From Thermoanaerobaculia bacterium (GTDB lineage Bacteria; Acidobacteriota; Thermoanaerobaculia; Multivoradales; JAIOJS01), in the NCBI GenBank assembly GCA_963806095.1, contig CAWDWV010000002.1, positions 1,054,281-1,118,280 of the forward strand: DNA of 64,000 nucleotides, given 5' to 3'. The translations under genes and the position numbers were made by a program. Each line of letters starts with the position of its first letter. The first letter of the stretch is position 1. This document shows positions 1 to 10,869 of the stretch, in pieces. Below the pieces are notes generated by a model that saw nothing but the letters and a program-made list of their open reading frames with translations, made no database searches and had not been told where the DNA came from.

Positions 1-1552
1 CAATACACGGAGAGTCCGCGCTACCTGCGCCTGCACGAGGCCGACAACGTGGCCGTCATCGTCAACGACGGCGGCGTTTCGGCCGGCACGGTGTTCGGCG
101 ACGGCCTGCGCGTCCGCGACGCGATTCCGCAATCCCACAAGGTGGCGCTGCGGCCGATCGCCGAGGGCGAGGCGGTGCTGCGTTACGGGCAGGTCATCGG
201 CACGGCGCGGCGCGCCATCCCCGAAGGCAGCTGGGTCAAGGAAGCCGACCTCGTCATGCCGACGCCGCCGGCGCTCGACTCGCTGCCGCGGTGCACCGAC
301 GTGCCGCCCGACGCTCCGCCGCTCGAGGGGTACACCTTCGAGGGCTACAAGAACGCCGACGGGAGCGTCGGCACCCGCAACCTCCTCGGCATCACGACGA
401 CCGTGCAGTGCGTCACCGGTGTGCTGGACCACGCCGTCAAGAGGATCCGCGCCGAGCTCCTGCCGCGGTACCCGAACGTCGACGACGTGGTCGCCCTGAG
501 CCACGACTTCGGCTGTGGGGTCGCGTTCGACACGCCCGACGTCCAGATCCCGATCCGCACGGTGCGCAACCTCGCTCGCAACCCGAACCTGGGCGGCCAG
601 GCCCTGGTCGTCGGCCTGGGATGCGAGATGTTGCAGCCCGCGCAGGTCATCGCCGAGCGAGATGCTGGAGGTAGCGGCCTCGATCTCGACGAACCCTGGC
701 TCTACCGGCTGCAGGATTCACAACACGGCTTCGGCGAGATGATCGAGCGGATCATGGCGCTGGCCGAGCGACGCCTGCACAAGCTCGACCAGCGGCGTCG
801 CGAGACCTGCCCGGCCTCCGCCCTGGTGCTGGGAATGCAATGCGGCGGCAGCGATGCCTTCTCCGGCATCACGGCGAACCCGGCCCTCGGCTTCGCCTCC
901 GACCTGCTCGTGCGCGCCGGCGCGACGGTGATGTTCTCCGAGGTCACCGAGGTCCGCGACGCCGTGCACCTGCTCAGCGCCCGCGCCAAGGACGAGGAGG
1001 TGGCGCAGGCCTTGATCCGCGAGATGGACTGGTACGACCGCTACCTGGAGCGTGGCCACAGCGACCGCAGCGCCAACACCTCGCCGGGCAACAAGGTCGG
1101 CGGCCTGTCCAACATCGTGGAGAAGGCGCTCGGCTCCATCGCCAAGTCCGGCCGCTCGGCGATCAGCGGCGTGATCGGCCCGGGCGAACGCGCCGAGAGG
1201 AGCGGTCTGCTGTTCTGCGCCACCCCGGCCGGCGACTTCGTCTGCGGCACGCTGCAACTGGCTGCCGGCATGAACCTCCACGTGTTCACCACCGGGCGTG
1301 GCACGCCCTACGGACTGGCGATGGTGCCGGTGATCAAGGTCAGCACGCGCACCGAGCTGGCGCAGCGCTGGCCCGACCTGATCGACGTCGACGCCGGCCG
1401 GATCGCCAGCGGCCAGCAGCAGCGTCGAGGAGCTCGGCTGGGAGCTGTTCCACTACTACCTCGACGTCGCCAGCGGCCGGAAGAAGACCTGGGCCGAAGT
1501 GCACCGGATCCACAACGACCTGGCGCTCTTCAACCCCGCGCCGCTCACCTGA
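1..1552 (+). CDS. uxaA: Altronate dehydratase (UxaA family, SAF + UxaA C-terminal domains). 5' end lies outside the window. One frameshift near 1420-1424.
   Basis: The translation matches UxaA throughout ([10 protein letters not shown]... SAF N-terminus; [33 protein letters not shown]). The natural C-terminus ...[26 protein letters not shown]...stop at 1550-1552 is in the +1 frame relative to the upstream part. The six-frame ORF that runs on to 3159 is a read-through artefact. Confidence 0.75.
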
Positions 1553-1653
1553 GATCGCGCCGCAGGACCCTCGCGAGCCATCGCGGTGGCTACGCTCCGC
1601 CGCGTTTCAGCGCGAGTCGGCCCGGCCGGCACGCGGCACCCCGATCGTTCGTG

Positions 1654-3159
1654 ATGCAATGGGCGGCAATCGTGCGGCGTGTCCTCATCTTCGTTGCGAC
1701 GCTCGTCTGTGGCGCGGTTCTTGGCCTGACGTCCGCCTTCCTCTGGTCCTCCAGTCGCGGCGTGCAGCCGGAAACCTGGCATCGCCTGCGACCGGCGGCC
1801 GAGCTCACGGCTGAGAACGCCGGTGAGATCGTCGATCTCGCCGCCTACCGCCGCCTCGAGGATCGACTCTTCGACGAGACGCGGAGCGCGCTGGCGCGAG
1901 GGGTGAGCCGGTTCCCGGCCTTCAGCCGCTTCGACCCCGGGAGCCCGACGAATCCCGCGCGCTTCGGCCGCGACTGGAATCGCACCTTCGAGCTCGGCCC
2001 CACGCGGGCGCCGGCGGGCGAGGCGCTGCTGCTGCACGGCCTTTCCGATTCGCCCTACAGCCTGCGCGCGGTCGGCGAGCTCCTCGCTGCCCAGGGTTTT
2101 CACGTCGTCGGCCTGCGCATCCCCGGGCACGGCGCGGTGCCGGGCGGGCTGGCGGCGGCGCGGCGCGACGACTGGCGGGCAGCGGTGCGTCTCGGCGTCG
2201 GAGCGACCGGAGCGCGGGCCCGGGAGAAGGGCGTGCCGTTCGTCGTCGTCGGCTACTCGAACGGCTCGGCGCTGGCGCTCGACTACACGCTGACCGCGCT
2301 CGAGAAGGGCGAGGGCCCGGTCCCGGACCGCCTCGTCTTCCTCTCGCCGGCGTTCGCCGTCACGCCCGCGGCGGCGTGGGCGCGTTGGCCGCACCGGCTT
2401 AGCCGGGTCCCCGGACTCTCGAAGCTCGCCTGGACCTCGATCGAGCCCGAGTTCGACCCCTTCAAGTTCAACTCGTTCCCGGTGCTCGCCGGCGCCGAGA
2501 TCCACGAGCTGACGCTCGAGATCGAGGCGACGATGATCAGGCTGGAGGCCAGGAAAGACGGCCGCGCGCTGCCGCCCATCCTGGCGCTGCAATCGGTGGT
2601 CGACGCGACGGTGCCGCCGATCGCGTCGCTGACGCGGCTCTTCTCCCACACGCGCGGCAACCAGTCCGCGACCGAGCTCGTGCTCTTCGACGCCAACCGC
2701 GCCGCGGGCATCCGCGCCGTGCTCTCTCCGGCCGTCGACGAGCTACTCGCCCTGGCCAGGCCTGGTCGCTCGTTTCCGTTCCGCATCACGCTGATCACCA
2801 ACGCCGGCACCGGCACCGCGACGGTCGAAGCAGTCTCCCGGGCGCCGGGAGAGACTGCGGAGACGCGCCTACCGCTCGGGCTCGCCTGGCCGACGGGGAC
2901 CTACTCCCTGTCGCACGTTGCCGTGCCGTTTCCGCCCGACGATCCCGCCTATGGAATGGAGTCGTCCCCCGTCGGGCCGCCCTTCCCGTTCGGCGCCCTG
3001 AACCTCAGGGGCGAACGCGGCGCGCTGTTGATCCCGGACCAGCTCCTCATGCGCCTGCGCAGCAATCCGTTCATGGCGGTGGTCGAAGCGAAGATCGTGG
3101 CGTTCGTCGCGGCCGGCGACTCGCCCATCGCCGGCGCGGCCATCGCCGCGGCGCGGTAG
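1654..3159 (+). CDS. Alpha/beta hydrolase-fold protein (membrane-anchored, lipase/esterase-like)
   Basis: ATG at 1654 is followed by a hydrophobic N-terminal segment ([16 protein letters not shown]). HGLSDSPYS and the [10 protein letters not shown] nucleophile elbow (GxSxG) indicate a serine hydrolase. It sits in the same frame as the upstream uxaA remnant but is a separate gene. Confidence 0.6.
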   Translation: MQWAAIVRRVLIFVATLVCGAVLGLTSAFLWSSSRGVQPETWHRLRPAAELTAENAGEIVDLAAYRRLEDRLFDETRSALARGVSRFPAFSRFDPGSPTNPARFGRDWNRTFELGPTRAPAGEALLLHGLSDSPYSLRAVGELLAAQGFHVVGLRIPGHGAVPGGLAAARRDDWRAAVRLGVGATGARAREKGVPFVVVGYSNGSALALDYTLTALEKGEGPVPDRLVFLSPAFAVTPAAAWARWPHRLSRVPGLSKLAWTSIEPEFDPFKFNSFPVLAGAEIHELTLEIEATMIRLEARKDGRALPPILALQSVVDATVPPIASLTRLFSHTRGNQSATELVLFDANRAAGIRAVLSPAVDELLALARPGRSFPFRITLITNAGTGTATVEAVSRAPGETAETRLPLGLAWPTGTYSLSHVAVPFPPDDPAYGMESSPVGPPFPFGALNLRGERGALLIPDQLLMRLRSNPFMAVVEAKIVAFVAAGDSPIAGAAIAAAR

Positions 3160-3200
3160 CGCCCCCCTCGCCGGATCACGGTGTTCCGACCGCGCTCGCG

Positions 3201-4130
3201 TCAGCGATCGCGGGTGGCGAGGCCGACGACCCGTCGGCGCAGCGGCGCGAGCTGTTCCACCGGCGGCAAGGACGTGGGCACCAGCGTTGCCTGGTCGAGC
3301 ATCTCTCCCCGCCGCCAGAAGCCGTCCAGGATCTCGACTGCCCGGGGTGAGCTCGTGGGCATCACGACGGTGGCGGTGAGCTCTCGATCGCTCACCATCT
3401 TCGCCCCTTCGTCGGGGAGGCCGTCACAGCCCACGATCGGGATGGTGCCGAGTCCGTCCGCGCCTCTCTCGGCTTCGTGACGCTGGAGGGCGCGGCGGAC
3501 ACCAAGCGCCATCGCGTCGTTCTGACTGACGATGAGGTCCACCTCGCGCGCTCTCTTGGCGCCGAAGCGCAGCCAGTCGCTCAGTGCCTGGTCCGCTCGT
3601 TCCGCTTGCCACTTGCCTTCGACGACGTGGACGTCGAGCCGACTGCCCACGACCTCCCGGAACCCCTTCTCACGGCTCACCGCCGACGGCGCGTTGTGGG
3701 CACCGAGGATGAGCAGCACCGTGCCTCCCTCGGGAAGCAGCCGCAAGCTCTGTCGCCCCTGGATGCGGCCGATCTCCGTCTGGTCCGGCGCCACCGCTGC
3801 GAGCAGCCGCTCCGGGAACTGCCGCTTCAGGCCCTCCAGGTACCTGGGTATCCGGTTGAGGACCACGCAGTCCACGCCGCCCTTGGCCAGCGCGCTCACC
3901 GCGTTCTCCATCTCGTCGCCGGCCACCAGGAGCAGGAGCACCCCGTCCGGCCGGGGATCGGCCCGCAGGACCTCGTAGCACTGACCCATCTGTCGCATGA
4001 GCGAGCCATCGGCGAACCGGGGCTCGATGAAGCCCAGTCCGCGCTCGCGGGCGGCCGAGCGGGCGCTCTCCACCAGCAGCTGTTGATAGGCGTTGTCGGC
4101 GTCGGCGAGCAACAACTGGATCCGTCGCAT
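3201..4130 (-). CDS. Periplasmic-binding-fold (LacI-type sugar-binding) domain protein with no HTH
   Basis: The protein begins MRRIQLLLADADNAYQQ... and has the typical PBP type I/LacI C-terminal domain pattern (VDCVVLNRIP, GAHNAPSAVSREKGF, DLIVSQNDAMALG). No DNA-binding helix-turn-helix is detected. It is convergent with uxaA (sugar-acid metabolism). Confidence 0.55.
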   Translation of the reverse strand: MRRIQLLLADADNAYQQLLVESARSAARERGLGFIEPRFADGSLMRQMGQCYEVLRADPRPDGVLLLLVAGDEMENAVSALAKGGVDCVVLNRIPRYLEGLKRQFPERLLAAVAPDQTEIGRIQGRQSLRLLPEGGTVLLILGAHNAPSAVSREKGFREVVGSRLDVHVVEGKWQAERADQALSDWLRFGAKRAREVDLIVSQNDAMALGVRRALQRHEAERGADGLGTIPIVGCDGLPDEGAKMVSDRELTATVVMPTSSPRAVEILDGFWRRGEMLDQATLVPTSLPPVEQLAPLRRRVVGLATRDR

Positions 4131-4262
4131 CGCGGTAAAGGTACCATCGCTGCCAACGGGTGGCAGCCACGTGGGGCCTCGGCGCTCACCGAACGGTAGG
4201 GCGCGCTCGGCGCGCGCCATTCGCGGGATGCGAGTCGCCGATTGGCGGGCGCGGAGCCCACC

Positions 4263-5348
4263 CTACAGTCGCGACGGCAACACCTCGGGCGGCAGCGTCG
4301 CCGCGCCTTCGATCAACGCCCGCGCCGCGACCCGTCCGATCTCCCAGCTGGCGCCGAGACCGTAGCCGCCCAGGCCCGCCAGCCACCAGAACGCCGGCAG
4401 GCGCGGGTCGGGGCCGATCACGGGCAAGGCGTCGGGCGCCTTGGTGCGGAAGCACGACCACGCGCGCTCGACCGGCGACTCCGCCAGCGCCGGCGCCAGC
4501 CGCCGCAGCCCTTCGCGCAGCCGCTCCTCGACGCCCGGCGACACCGTCTCGGCGAGCTCGGCCGCCGGCTCCTCGTCGCACATGCAGGAGAGCGTGCCTT
4601 CGCCGTCGCGGCGGAAATAGAGATCCCATGCGAGATGCCAGACGTATGGCAGTCCGAGGGGCAACTCGACGCGGTGTAGGAAGAGATGACGCTTGTGAGG
4701 AACGAGAGGCAGCGGCGCGGCACCGGCGCAGGCGGCGAGCTGCGCCGCCCACGCGCCGCCGGCGTTGACCAGTCGCTCGGCCTCCACGGGTCCGGCGCTG
4801 GTCTCGACGCGGAACGGACCGTCGCCGGCGATCGCGGTCACCTCGACGCCGCACGCGACCTCGACACCACGCTCGCGCGCGCCGTCGAGGTAGAAGGCGA
4901 GCAGCCGGTGCGGGTCGAGCACGCCGTCGCCCGGCGTGAAGAGCGCGGCGGCGAAGCCGGCGCCGTCGACCCACGGCACCCGCGCGCGCACGGCGTCGGC
5001 CGCCACCACCTCGCTCGCCACCGCGTCGTCGCGCCGCGCGGCGAATTCCGCCTCGGCACCGAGCAGCAGCGAGCCACAGCGCTCGAAGCCCACCGCGCCG
5101 GCGCGTTCGGCGTAGGCGTAGGCGCGGGCGCTCGCGGCAGTGAGCCGCCGCACCAGCGGCTCGGCGACCGACTGCAACACCAGCCGCGCGTTGCGGCCCG
5201 AAGCGTGCGCGCCCGGCCGCGGCGCGCGTTCGACCAACAGCACCGACGGCGGCGAGCCGCGGCGCGGCTCCCCCGCGCCGGCGAGGTGGTAGACGAGCGC
5301 CGCACCGGCCACGCCACCGCCCACCACCAGCACGTCCACGCGCTTCAC
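4263..5348 (-). CDS. FAD-dependent oxidoreductase (DAO family; glycine/D-amino-acid oxidase-like)
   Basis: N-terminal dinucleotide-binding motif VLVVGGGVAGAALVYHL. DAO-like C-terminus (GLGGYGLGASWEIG). Clean 361-aa ORF. Confidence 0.75.
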   Translation of the reverse strand: MKRVDVLVVGGGVAGAALVYHLAGAGEPRRGSPPSVLLVERAPRPGAHASGRNARLVLQSVAEPLVRRLTAASARAYAYAERAGAVGFERCGSLLLGAEAEFAARRDDAVASEVVAADAVRARVPWVDGAGFAAALFTPGDGVLDPHRLLAFYLDGARERGVEVACGVEVTAIAGDGPFRVETSAGPVEAERLVNAGGAWAAQLAACAGAAPLPLVPHKRHLFLHRVELPLGLPYVWHLAWDLYFRRDGEGTLSCMCDEEPAAELAETVSPGVEERLREGLRRLAPALAESPVERAWSCFRTKAPDALPVIGPDPRLPAFWWLAGLGGYGLGASWEIGRVAARALIEGAATLPPEVLPSRL

Positions 5349-5445
5349 CGGCCAAGGTTACCCGCCCCCTGCTTCGCGTACCGGAGCGCCGCCGAGCCTG
5401 GCCCGGCTACCCGCCGGAGCGCCCGTCACCCCGCATGTAGAATCC

Positions 5446-8400
5446 ATGAAACGCCATGAAACATCGCGGCGCGAGCAGCTTGCCGGCATTCGACGGCGGG
5501 GCCCCCTGTCCACGGTGAGTCAGGGCCTCATCGTCCGCTGCCCGGCGTGCGGCTCCCGCCTGCGCCTGCAGCCCGGCCGCGAGCTGCCCGACCGCTTCAA
5601 GGTGCGGTGCTCGTCGTGCGCCAAGCCGTTCCTGGTGCGGCGTAAGGACGAGGGACAGCGCCCGCCGGTCGACCCGCTCGACAACACGCTCACCGGCGAG
5701 AAGGTGCCGTCCTCGCCGGCTCTCGACGACCAGGCGACCCACGTCCACGACGCGCACCACCAGCTCACCGCTTCGCCTCCGTCCGTCGCTCCCCGCTCGC
5801 CGTTGCCGCCGTCGCAGCCCTCGCTGCAGCGCCCGGCTCCGGCGCCCTCGCCGCCGCCCACGCCTGCTGCCGCCTCCCGCCACACCATCGCCGGCGGCGG
5901 CGAGCAGCCGAGGAAGCTCGGCTCCACCTTCCTCCCCGGCGAGCTGGTGGCCGGCCGCTACCGCATCGAGCGCTTCATCGCCAAGGGCGGCATGGGCGAG
6001 GTCTACGACGCCTTCGACACCGCCCTCGGCGACCACGTGGCGCTGAAGACCATCCGCCCCGACGTCGCCCACGACGAGTCGGCGCTCGAGCGGTTCAAGC
6101 GCGAGATCCACCTGGCGCGCCAGGTCACCCACCGCAACGTCTGCCGCATCCACGACCTCGGCTCGCACTCTTCCGAGTCGCCGGTCGCAGCGCTCTACCC
6201 GCGCGGCGAGATCCTCTTCGTCAGCATGGAGCTGCTGCGCGGCGAGACGCTCGCCGAGCGCATCACCGAGAAGGGGCCGATGAGCGAGGCCGAGGCGCTG
6301 CCGATCCTGCGCCAGATGGCCGCCGCCCTCGACGCCGCCCACAAGGCGGGGATCGTCCACCGCGACTTCAAGAGCGCCAACGTGGTGCTGGTGCAGGGCG
6401 ACGGCGAGACCCGCGCCGTGGTCACCGACTTCGGCCTCGCCCGCGCCTCGCACCGCGAGTCGGGTGCCACGCTGACCGTCGCCGGCGCGGTGATGGGCTC
6501 GCCCGCCTACATGGCGCCCGAGCAGGTCGAAGGCAGCGGCACGACGCCGGCGGTGGACGTCTACGCGCTCGGCATCGTCGTCTTCGAGATGGTCACCGGC
6601 CGGCTGCCGTTCCGGGGCGAGAGCCCGCTGTCGACGGCGATCAAGCGGCTCACCGAGGCGCCGCCGAAGCCGAGCGAGCTCAAGCCCGGCCTCGACCCGC
6701 GGTGGGATGCGGGCATCCTGCGCGCGCTCGCCCGCAAGCCCGAGGAGCGCTTCAAGAGCGCCGGCGACTTCCTGTCGGCGGTCGACCCGTCGCCGATAGC
6801 CGCCGCCCTCGGCACCGCCGGCATCACCCGCAAGCGGCTCTTCCTCGCCGTCGCCGCCGGTTTCCTCGTCGCCCTGGCGCTGGTCGCCAACTTCTACGTC
6901 TGGCAGCGGCGCGCCGCCAACCAGGAGGGGCGGCTCGAAGTGCCGACGACGGCGCGGCCCGCGGTGGCCGTGCTCGGGCTCAAGAACGTCACCGCCGACC
7001 AAGGGCTCGACTGGCTGTCGACGGGGCTCCCCGAGATGCTCGCGTCCGAGCTCTCCGGCGGCGGCAGGGTGCGTCTCATCCCCAGCGAGAACGTGGCGCG
7101 GGCGCAGCTCGAGCTGGGCCTCGAGCCCGGCGGCACCTGGGGCAACGACACCCTCGAGCGCGTGCGCCGCAACCTCGGCTCCGACTACGTGGTGACCGGC
7201 TCGTACACAGCGCTCGGCGGCGGTCAGAACGGCCAGAACGGCCAACTCCGCCTCGACCTGCGGCTGCAGGACACGTCGACGTCCGGCAACTCCACCGCCG
7301 TCGCCGTGTCGGGGCCGCGCGAGGCCGTCTTCCAACTCGTCTCGCAGGCGGGCGCGAAGCTGCGCGAGGCGCTGCACCTGGAGTCCGGCGGCGCCCGCTG
7401 GTCGACCACCAACCCCGAAGCGGCACGCCTCTATGCCCAGGGCGTCGAGAAGCTGCACCGCTTCGATGCGCAGGGCGCCAGCGAGCTGCTGCAGCAGGCG
7501 GTGGCGGCGGACGCGCGTGACCCGCGCGCGCACTCGGCGCTCGCTTCCGCGTACACGGCGCTCGGCTATGTCGAGAAGGCGCGCGAGGAGGCGCGACAGG
7601 CGGTCGAGCTCTCGGCCGCGCTGCCCGAGACCGAGCGGCAGGAGGTGCGCGCGCAGTACCTCGAGGCGGCCGGCGATTGGGCCGGCGCGGCGCGCGCCTG
7701 GGACGAGATCTGGCGCCGCCAGCCCGACGACCTCGAGTACGGCCTCAAGCTGGCTCAGGCGTTGACGGCAGCCGGCGAGCCGGCGCGCGCCCTCGACGTC
7801 GCGGGCGTCCTGCGGCACCTGCCCTCGGTGGCGGCAGACGACGTGCGCATCTACTTCGCCGAGGCGAGCGCCGCCGGCGCGCTCGGTCAGTCGAAGGTGC
7901 AGCAGCAGGCGGCGGCGAAGGCGGCCGAGGTCGCCGCGACGCAGGGGGCGCGACTGCTGCGCGCCCGCGCTCTGCTCTACGAAGGGTGGGCGCTGCGCAA
8001 CCTCGGCAACCCCGAGCGCGCTCAGGGGGTCACGGCGGAAGCCGAGGGGCTCTTCCAACAGGCCGGCGACGAGTCGGGGGTGGCGAAGGCGCGGGTGCAG
8101 CGCGGGATCCTGCTCTTCGACCAGGGCGACCTCGACACCGCCCGTCGCAGCTTCGAGAAGGCGCTCGCCACCTACCGCCAGCTCGGCGACAAGGGGAACG
8201 AGGCGCAGGCGCTCAACAACCTCGCGTTGGTGCTCAAGAGCCAGGGTGACGTGCAAGCGGCGCTCGACCTCTACGGGCAGTCGCGCGCGCTGTCGCAGGA
8301 AACCGGCAACCGCGTCGGTGTGGCGAGCGCGGAGAACAACATCGGCGCCGTCGCCTCCAAGCGCGGCGACCTCGCCGGCGCGCTCGCCGCCTTCGACCAC

Positions 8401-9300
8401 GCCGCCTCGCTCGCCAAGCAGGTGCACGACAAGACCCTCGAGGCGAGCTCGATCTCCAACGCCGCGGCGACGCTGCGGCGGCTGGGCCGCCTCGCCGAGG
8501 CTGAGACCCGCCACCGCCAGGCGCTGCAGCTGCGGCGGCAGCTCGGGCAGGCCTTCGCCGAGGCCGGCTCGCTCACCGACCTCGCCGCAGTGCAGTTGGA
8601 CCGCGGCGACCTGACGCCGGCGGCCACCACCTACCAGCAGGCGCTGGACCTGGCGCGGAAGACCGGCAACCACCGCTTCGAGGCCTTCGCGCTCGCCGGG
8701 CTCGGCCAGGTGCGGCTCGAGGCGGGAGACCTGGCGGAGGCGGAGAAGCTGCACCGCGAGGCGCTGAAGCTGCGCGAAGGGGGCGGCGACCAGAGCACCG
8801 CCGCCGAGAGCCGCCTCGCCCTCGCCACCGTCGCCTTCGAGCAGGGGCGCTTCGCCGAGGCCGAGGAGCTGGCGCGGGCGGCGCAAGAGCGCTTCGCCGC
8901 CGAAGGCGCCGTCGACCTCGTCGCCTGGGCGCAGGCCGTGCGCGGCCGGGCGATGGCGTTCAGCGAGCGCCAAGCCGAGGGGCAGGAGCTGGTGACCGCC
9001 GCGCTGCAGCGCGCCGAGAAGAGCGAGGACCTGCGCGTGCGTTGCGAGGTGCGGCTCGCCGCCGCCCGCGTCAACGCCCGCACCGGCTCGGTGGCGCAGG
9101 CCGGGGAGCTCGCCGCCGCGGCCGAGGCCGCAGCGGGCAAGGCCGGGCTGCTGCCCGTGCAGCTCGAGGCGCAGCTGCTCCAGGGCCAGCTCGCCCAGGC
9201 GTCGGGGGACGCGGCGCGCGGCGCCCAGCTGCTCGCGGCGGTGCGCGCGCGGGCGCAGCGGTCGGGGCTCGGTCTGCTGAGCAAGAAGGCCAGCGGCTAG
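5446..9300 (+). CDS. Ser/Thr protein kinase with N-terminal MJ0042-type zinc ribbon, a transmembrane segment and a C-terminal TPR array
   Basis: CPACGS...CSSCAKPF zinc ribbon. Kinase motifs are present (GGMGEVYDA, VALKTIRP, HRDFKSANVVL, DFGLAR, SPAYMAPEQ). A hydrophobic segment LFLAVAAGFLVALALVANFYVW follows, then about 10 TPR-like repeats. There are no frameshifts across 3.85 kb. Confidence 0.85.
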   Translation: MKRHETSRREQLAGIRRRGPLSTVSQGLIVRCPACGSRLRLQPGRELPDRFKVRCSSCAKPFLVRRKDEGQRPPVDPLDNTLTGEKVPSSPALDDQATHVHDAHHQLTASPPSVAPRSPLPPSQPSLQRPAPAPSPPPTPAAASRHTIAGGGEQPRKLGSTFLPGELVAGRYRIERFIAKGGMGEVYDAFDTALGDHVALKTIRPDVAHDESALERFKREIHLARQVTHRNVCRIHDLGSHSSESPVAALYPRGEILFVSMELLRGETLAERITEKGPMSEAEALPILRQMAAALDAAHKAGIVHRDFKSANVVLVQGDGETRAVVTDFGLARASHRESGATLTVAGAVMGSPAYMAPEQVEGSGTTPAVDVYALGIVVFEMVTGRLPFRGESPLSTAIKRLTEAPPKPSELKPGLDPRWDAGILRALARKPEERFKSAGDFLSAVDPSPIAAALGTAGITRKRLFLAVAAGFLVALALVANFYVWQRRAANQEGRLEVPTTARPAVAVLGLKNVTADQGLDWLSTGLPEMLASELSGGGRVRLIPSENVARAQLELGLEPGGTWGNDTLERVRRNLGSDYVVTGSYTALGGGQNGQNGQLRLDLRLQDTSTSGNSTAVAVSGPREAVFQLVSQAGAKLREALHLESGGARWSTTNPEAARLYAQGVEKLHRFDAQGASELLQQAVAADARDPRAHSALASAYTALGYVEKAREEARQAVELSAALPETERQEVRAQYLEAAGDWAGAARAWDEIWRRQPDDLEYGLKLAQALTAAGEPARALDVAGVLRHLPSVAADDVRIYFAEASAAGALGQSKVQQQAAAKAAEVAATQGARLLRARALLYEGWALRNLGNPERAQGVTAEAEGLFQQAGDESGVAKARVQRGILLFDQGDLDTARRSFEKALATYRQLGDKGNEAQALNNLALVLKSQGDVQAALDLYGQSRALSQETGNRVGVASAENNIGAVASKRGDLAGALAAFDHAASLAKQVHDKTLEASSISNAAATLRRLGRLAEAETRHRQALQLRRQLGQAFAEAGSLTDLAAVQLDRGDLTPAATTYQQALDLARKTGNHRFEAFALAGLGQVRLEAGDLAEAEKLHREALKLREGGGDQSTAAESRLALATVAFEQGRFAEAEELARAAQERFAAEGAVDLVAWAQAVRGRAMAFSERQAEGQELVTAALQRAEKSEDLRVRCEVRLAAARVNARTGSVAQAGELAAAAEAAAGKAGLLPVQLEAQLLQGQLAQASGDAARGAQLLAAVRARAQRSGLGLLSKKASG

Positions 9301-9340
9301 CGTCGCGGGCGTTCACAGACCTGCCCAAGGGCGGGCGGAA

Positions 9341-10633
9341 ATGGAATCCCCTACCCGTTATCTGCGGCCGTCAGCGGCGGGACGCGCCGCGCTGAAGAAG
9401 CTCGGCGCGAATTACCCGGATCCGGTGAAATGGATTCATCAGGAGCAAAGGCTCAACGATCGGACCTCGAGCACAGAGTACTACTCGATCCAACCCACTT
9501 CGGTTCCGCCCGAATTCTGGCCCGAGCGACAACCGGTCTTTTGGTTACCGGAATTCGAGGCACCGAAGGATCAGTTCCGCCTCTTTCAGAATCCGGCACG
9601 CCCTGTGCCCTGGTACCTCTCGGGATCGCGGCCGGAATTCTATTCCTATCTGGTGCATCCATTGACCGTGCAGTATTTCCTCGATCGCGACATCAAGGGC
9701 GCGCGGTGGAGGAAGCCAAGGTTCCTGGCCACGCCGATGGCGTCCCACCGCACTCTCCTGGTGTGGGATCCACGGTCCGACAGGCCACCTTTCGCGGTCA
9801 AGACGTCGCTCAACCGGTGGATCGCAGGGCAGAATCGAAACGTCAGGCTCAAGGAGGTCGGGCGAAGCGTCGCTGTCTCTTCGCTGCTCGCGGGTCGCGA
9901 GGCAAACCTGAAGGGGCAGGGAATTCTCTTGCTCGACGACCCGGTAGGGCTGATGCCCAAAGGAGCCAATGCCGGCCTGGTGACGAGAGACATACCCTGG
10001 CGACTCGGCGCAGGTGAGGAGATAGTCCCGCTGTTCAGCTTGCTCGCTTCCTCGCGTGGACGTCCACGGATCGTGGACTTGATCGCGGCGAGCCGACTCG
10101 CGCCCTTGGCGTGGGTGGACAAGTTCATTTTTGCCCCACTCGTGTACCAGGCCTACTTCCTCGGCATGACGGAAGGCCTGCTCGGCGAGATGCACGAGCA
10201 GAACGTATTGATGGAATTGCGGGACGGCGTCCCGACGAAGCGGTTCTGGCATCGCGACCTGGGAGGGTTCGTCTTCGATCGCGAGCTGCGCCGTCTCGCC
10301 AATAAGGGATTCGCAGAGCTTCCGGCGGGCATTCAGCAGCGACACCTGGGGCGAGGCCTGGCGGTCTTTCACCTGGTGCTGCGCATGTACTTGCGAGGGT
10401 CCATGGCGTATGCGATCGGCGAGACGCTGCGAAAGCACTTCGAGATCCCGGCCGATAGTGTGGCCGAGCTCTATGACGTCAGGGTGAGCGAGCTCCAGAA
10501 GCTCATCCTTGCCGCAAATGGAATCCGCACGACGAAGAACGCCGAAAAGGACCTCGAGCGGTATCGGACGCGAAAGCTGCCAGGCGGTACCTGGCGTTGG
10601 AAGAGCTTGAGGGAAGCACTTCGAGACTGGTGA
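9341..10633 (+). CDS. Hypothetical protein with weak IucA/IucC (NIS synthetase)-like motifs. Low-GC orphan.
   Basis: Clean 430-aa ORF with markedly lower GC (about 57-58% versus about 72% flanking). It contains ASHRT, AVKTSL and HEQNVLMEL segments that resemble the SxRT / K / HxQN catalytic motifs of IucA/IucC enzymes. It lacks the equivalent of the N-terminal ~150 aa, so the family assignment is tentative. Confidence 0.55.
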   Translation: MESPTRYLRPSAAGRAALKKLGANYPDPVKWIHQEQRLNDRTSSTEYYSIQPTSVPPEFWPERQPVFWLPEFEAPKDQFRLFQNPARPVPWYLSGSRPEFYSYLVHPLTVQYFLDRDIKGARWRKPRFLATPMASHRTLLVWDPRSDRPPFAVKTSLNRWIAGQNRNVRLKEVGRSVAVSSLLAGREANLKGQGILLLDDPVGLMPKGANAGLVTRDIPWRLGAGEEIVPLFSLLASSRGRPRIVDLIAASRLAPLAWVDKFIFAPLVYQAYFLGMTEGLLGEMHEQNVLMELRDGVPTKRFWHRDLGGFVFDRELRRLANKGFAELPAGIQQRHLGRGLAVFHLVLRMYLRGSMAYAIGETLRKHFEIPADSVAELYDVRVSELQKLILAANGIRTTKNAEKDLERYRTRKLPGGTWRWKSLREALRDW

Positions 10634-10869
10634 CCGCGGCGGCCCTCGCGGATGCTCGGGGCCGCCGCATCCACGTGTGGCCGGCGTCGCTCGCTGCGCC
10701 GTCGCCTCGACCGCGCGATTGGCGGCGCCCCCTCGCCCGCTGGGGCGGCAGCGGCGACGGAATATCCGCGCGCCGCTTCGCGTAGCCAGGTAACGCAGGG
10801 AGCGCCGGCTATACTGCCGCCAAGCAACCGCCTCGCATCAGGGCCACCGTCAAACCAGGGAGCCTCCGC

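Noticed and set aside
49-3159. 1036-aa single ORF suggesting a giant UxaA-hydrolase fusion protein
   Set aside because: The UxaA C-terminus is recovered in the +1 frame and terminates at 1552. The downstream alpha/beta hydrolase has its own ATG at 1654. The long ORF is a frame coincidence after a probable indel.
5407-8973. 1188-aa minus-strand ORF antisense to the Ser/Thr kinase
   Set aside because: Typical high-GC antisense shadow ORF. Its translation is Arg/Ala/Gly-rich with no motifs, and the plus-strand gene has clear kinase/TPR signatures.
9341-10633. Interpreting the low-GC gene as part of a siderophore biosynthesis cluster
   Set aside because: There are no flanking NIS-pathway partners, transporters or Fur-box-like sequence. 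I kept it only as a tentative family call for an orphan gene.
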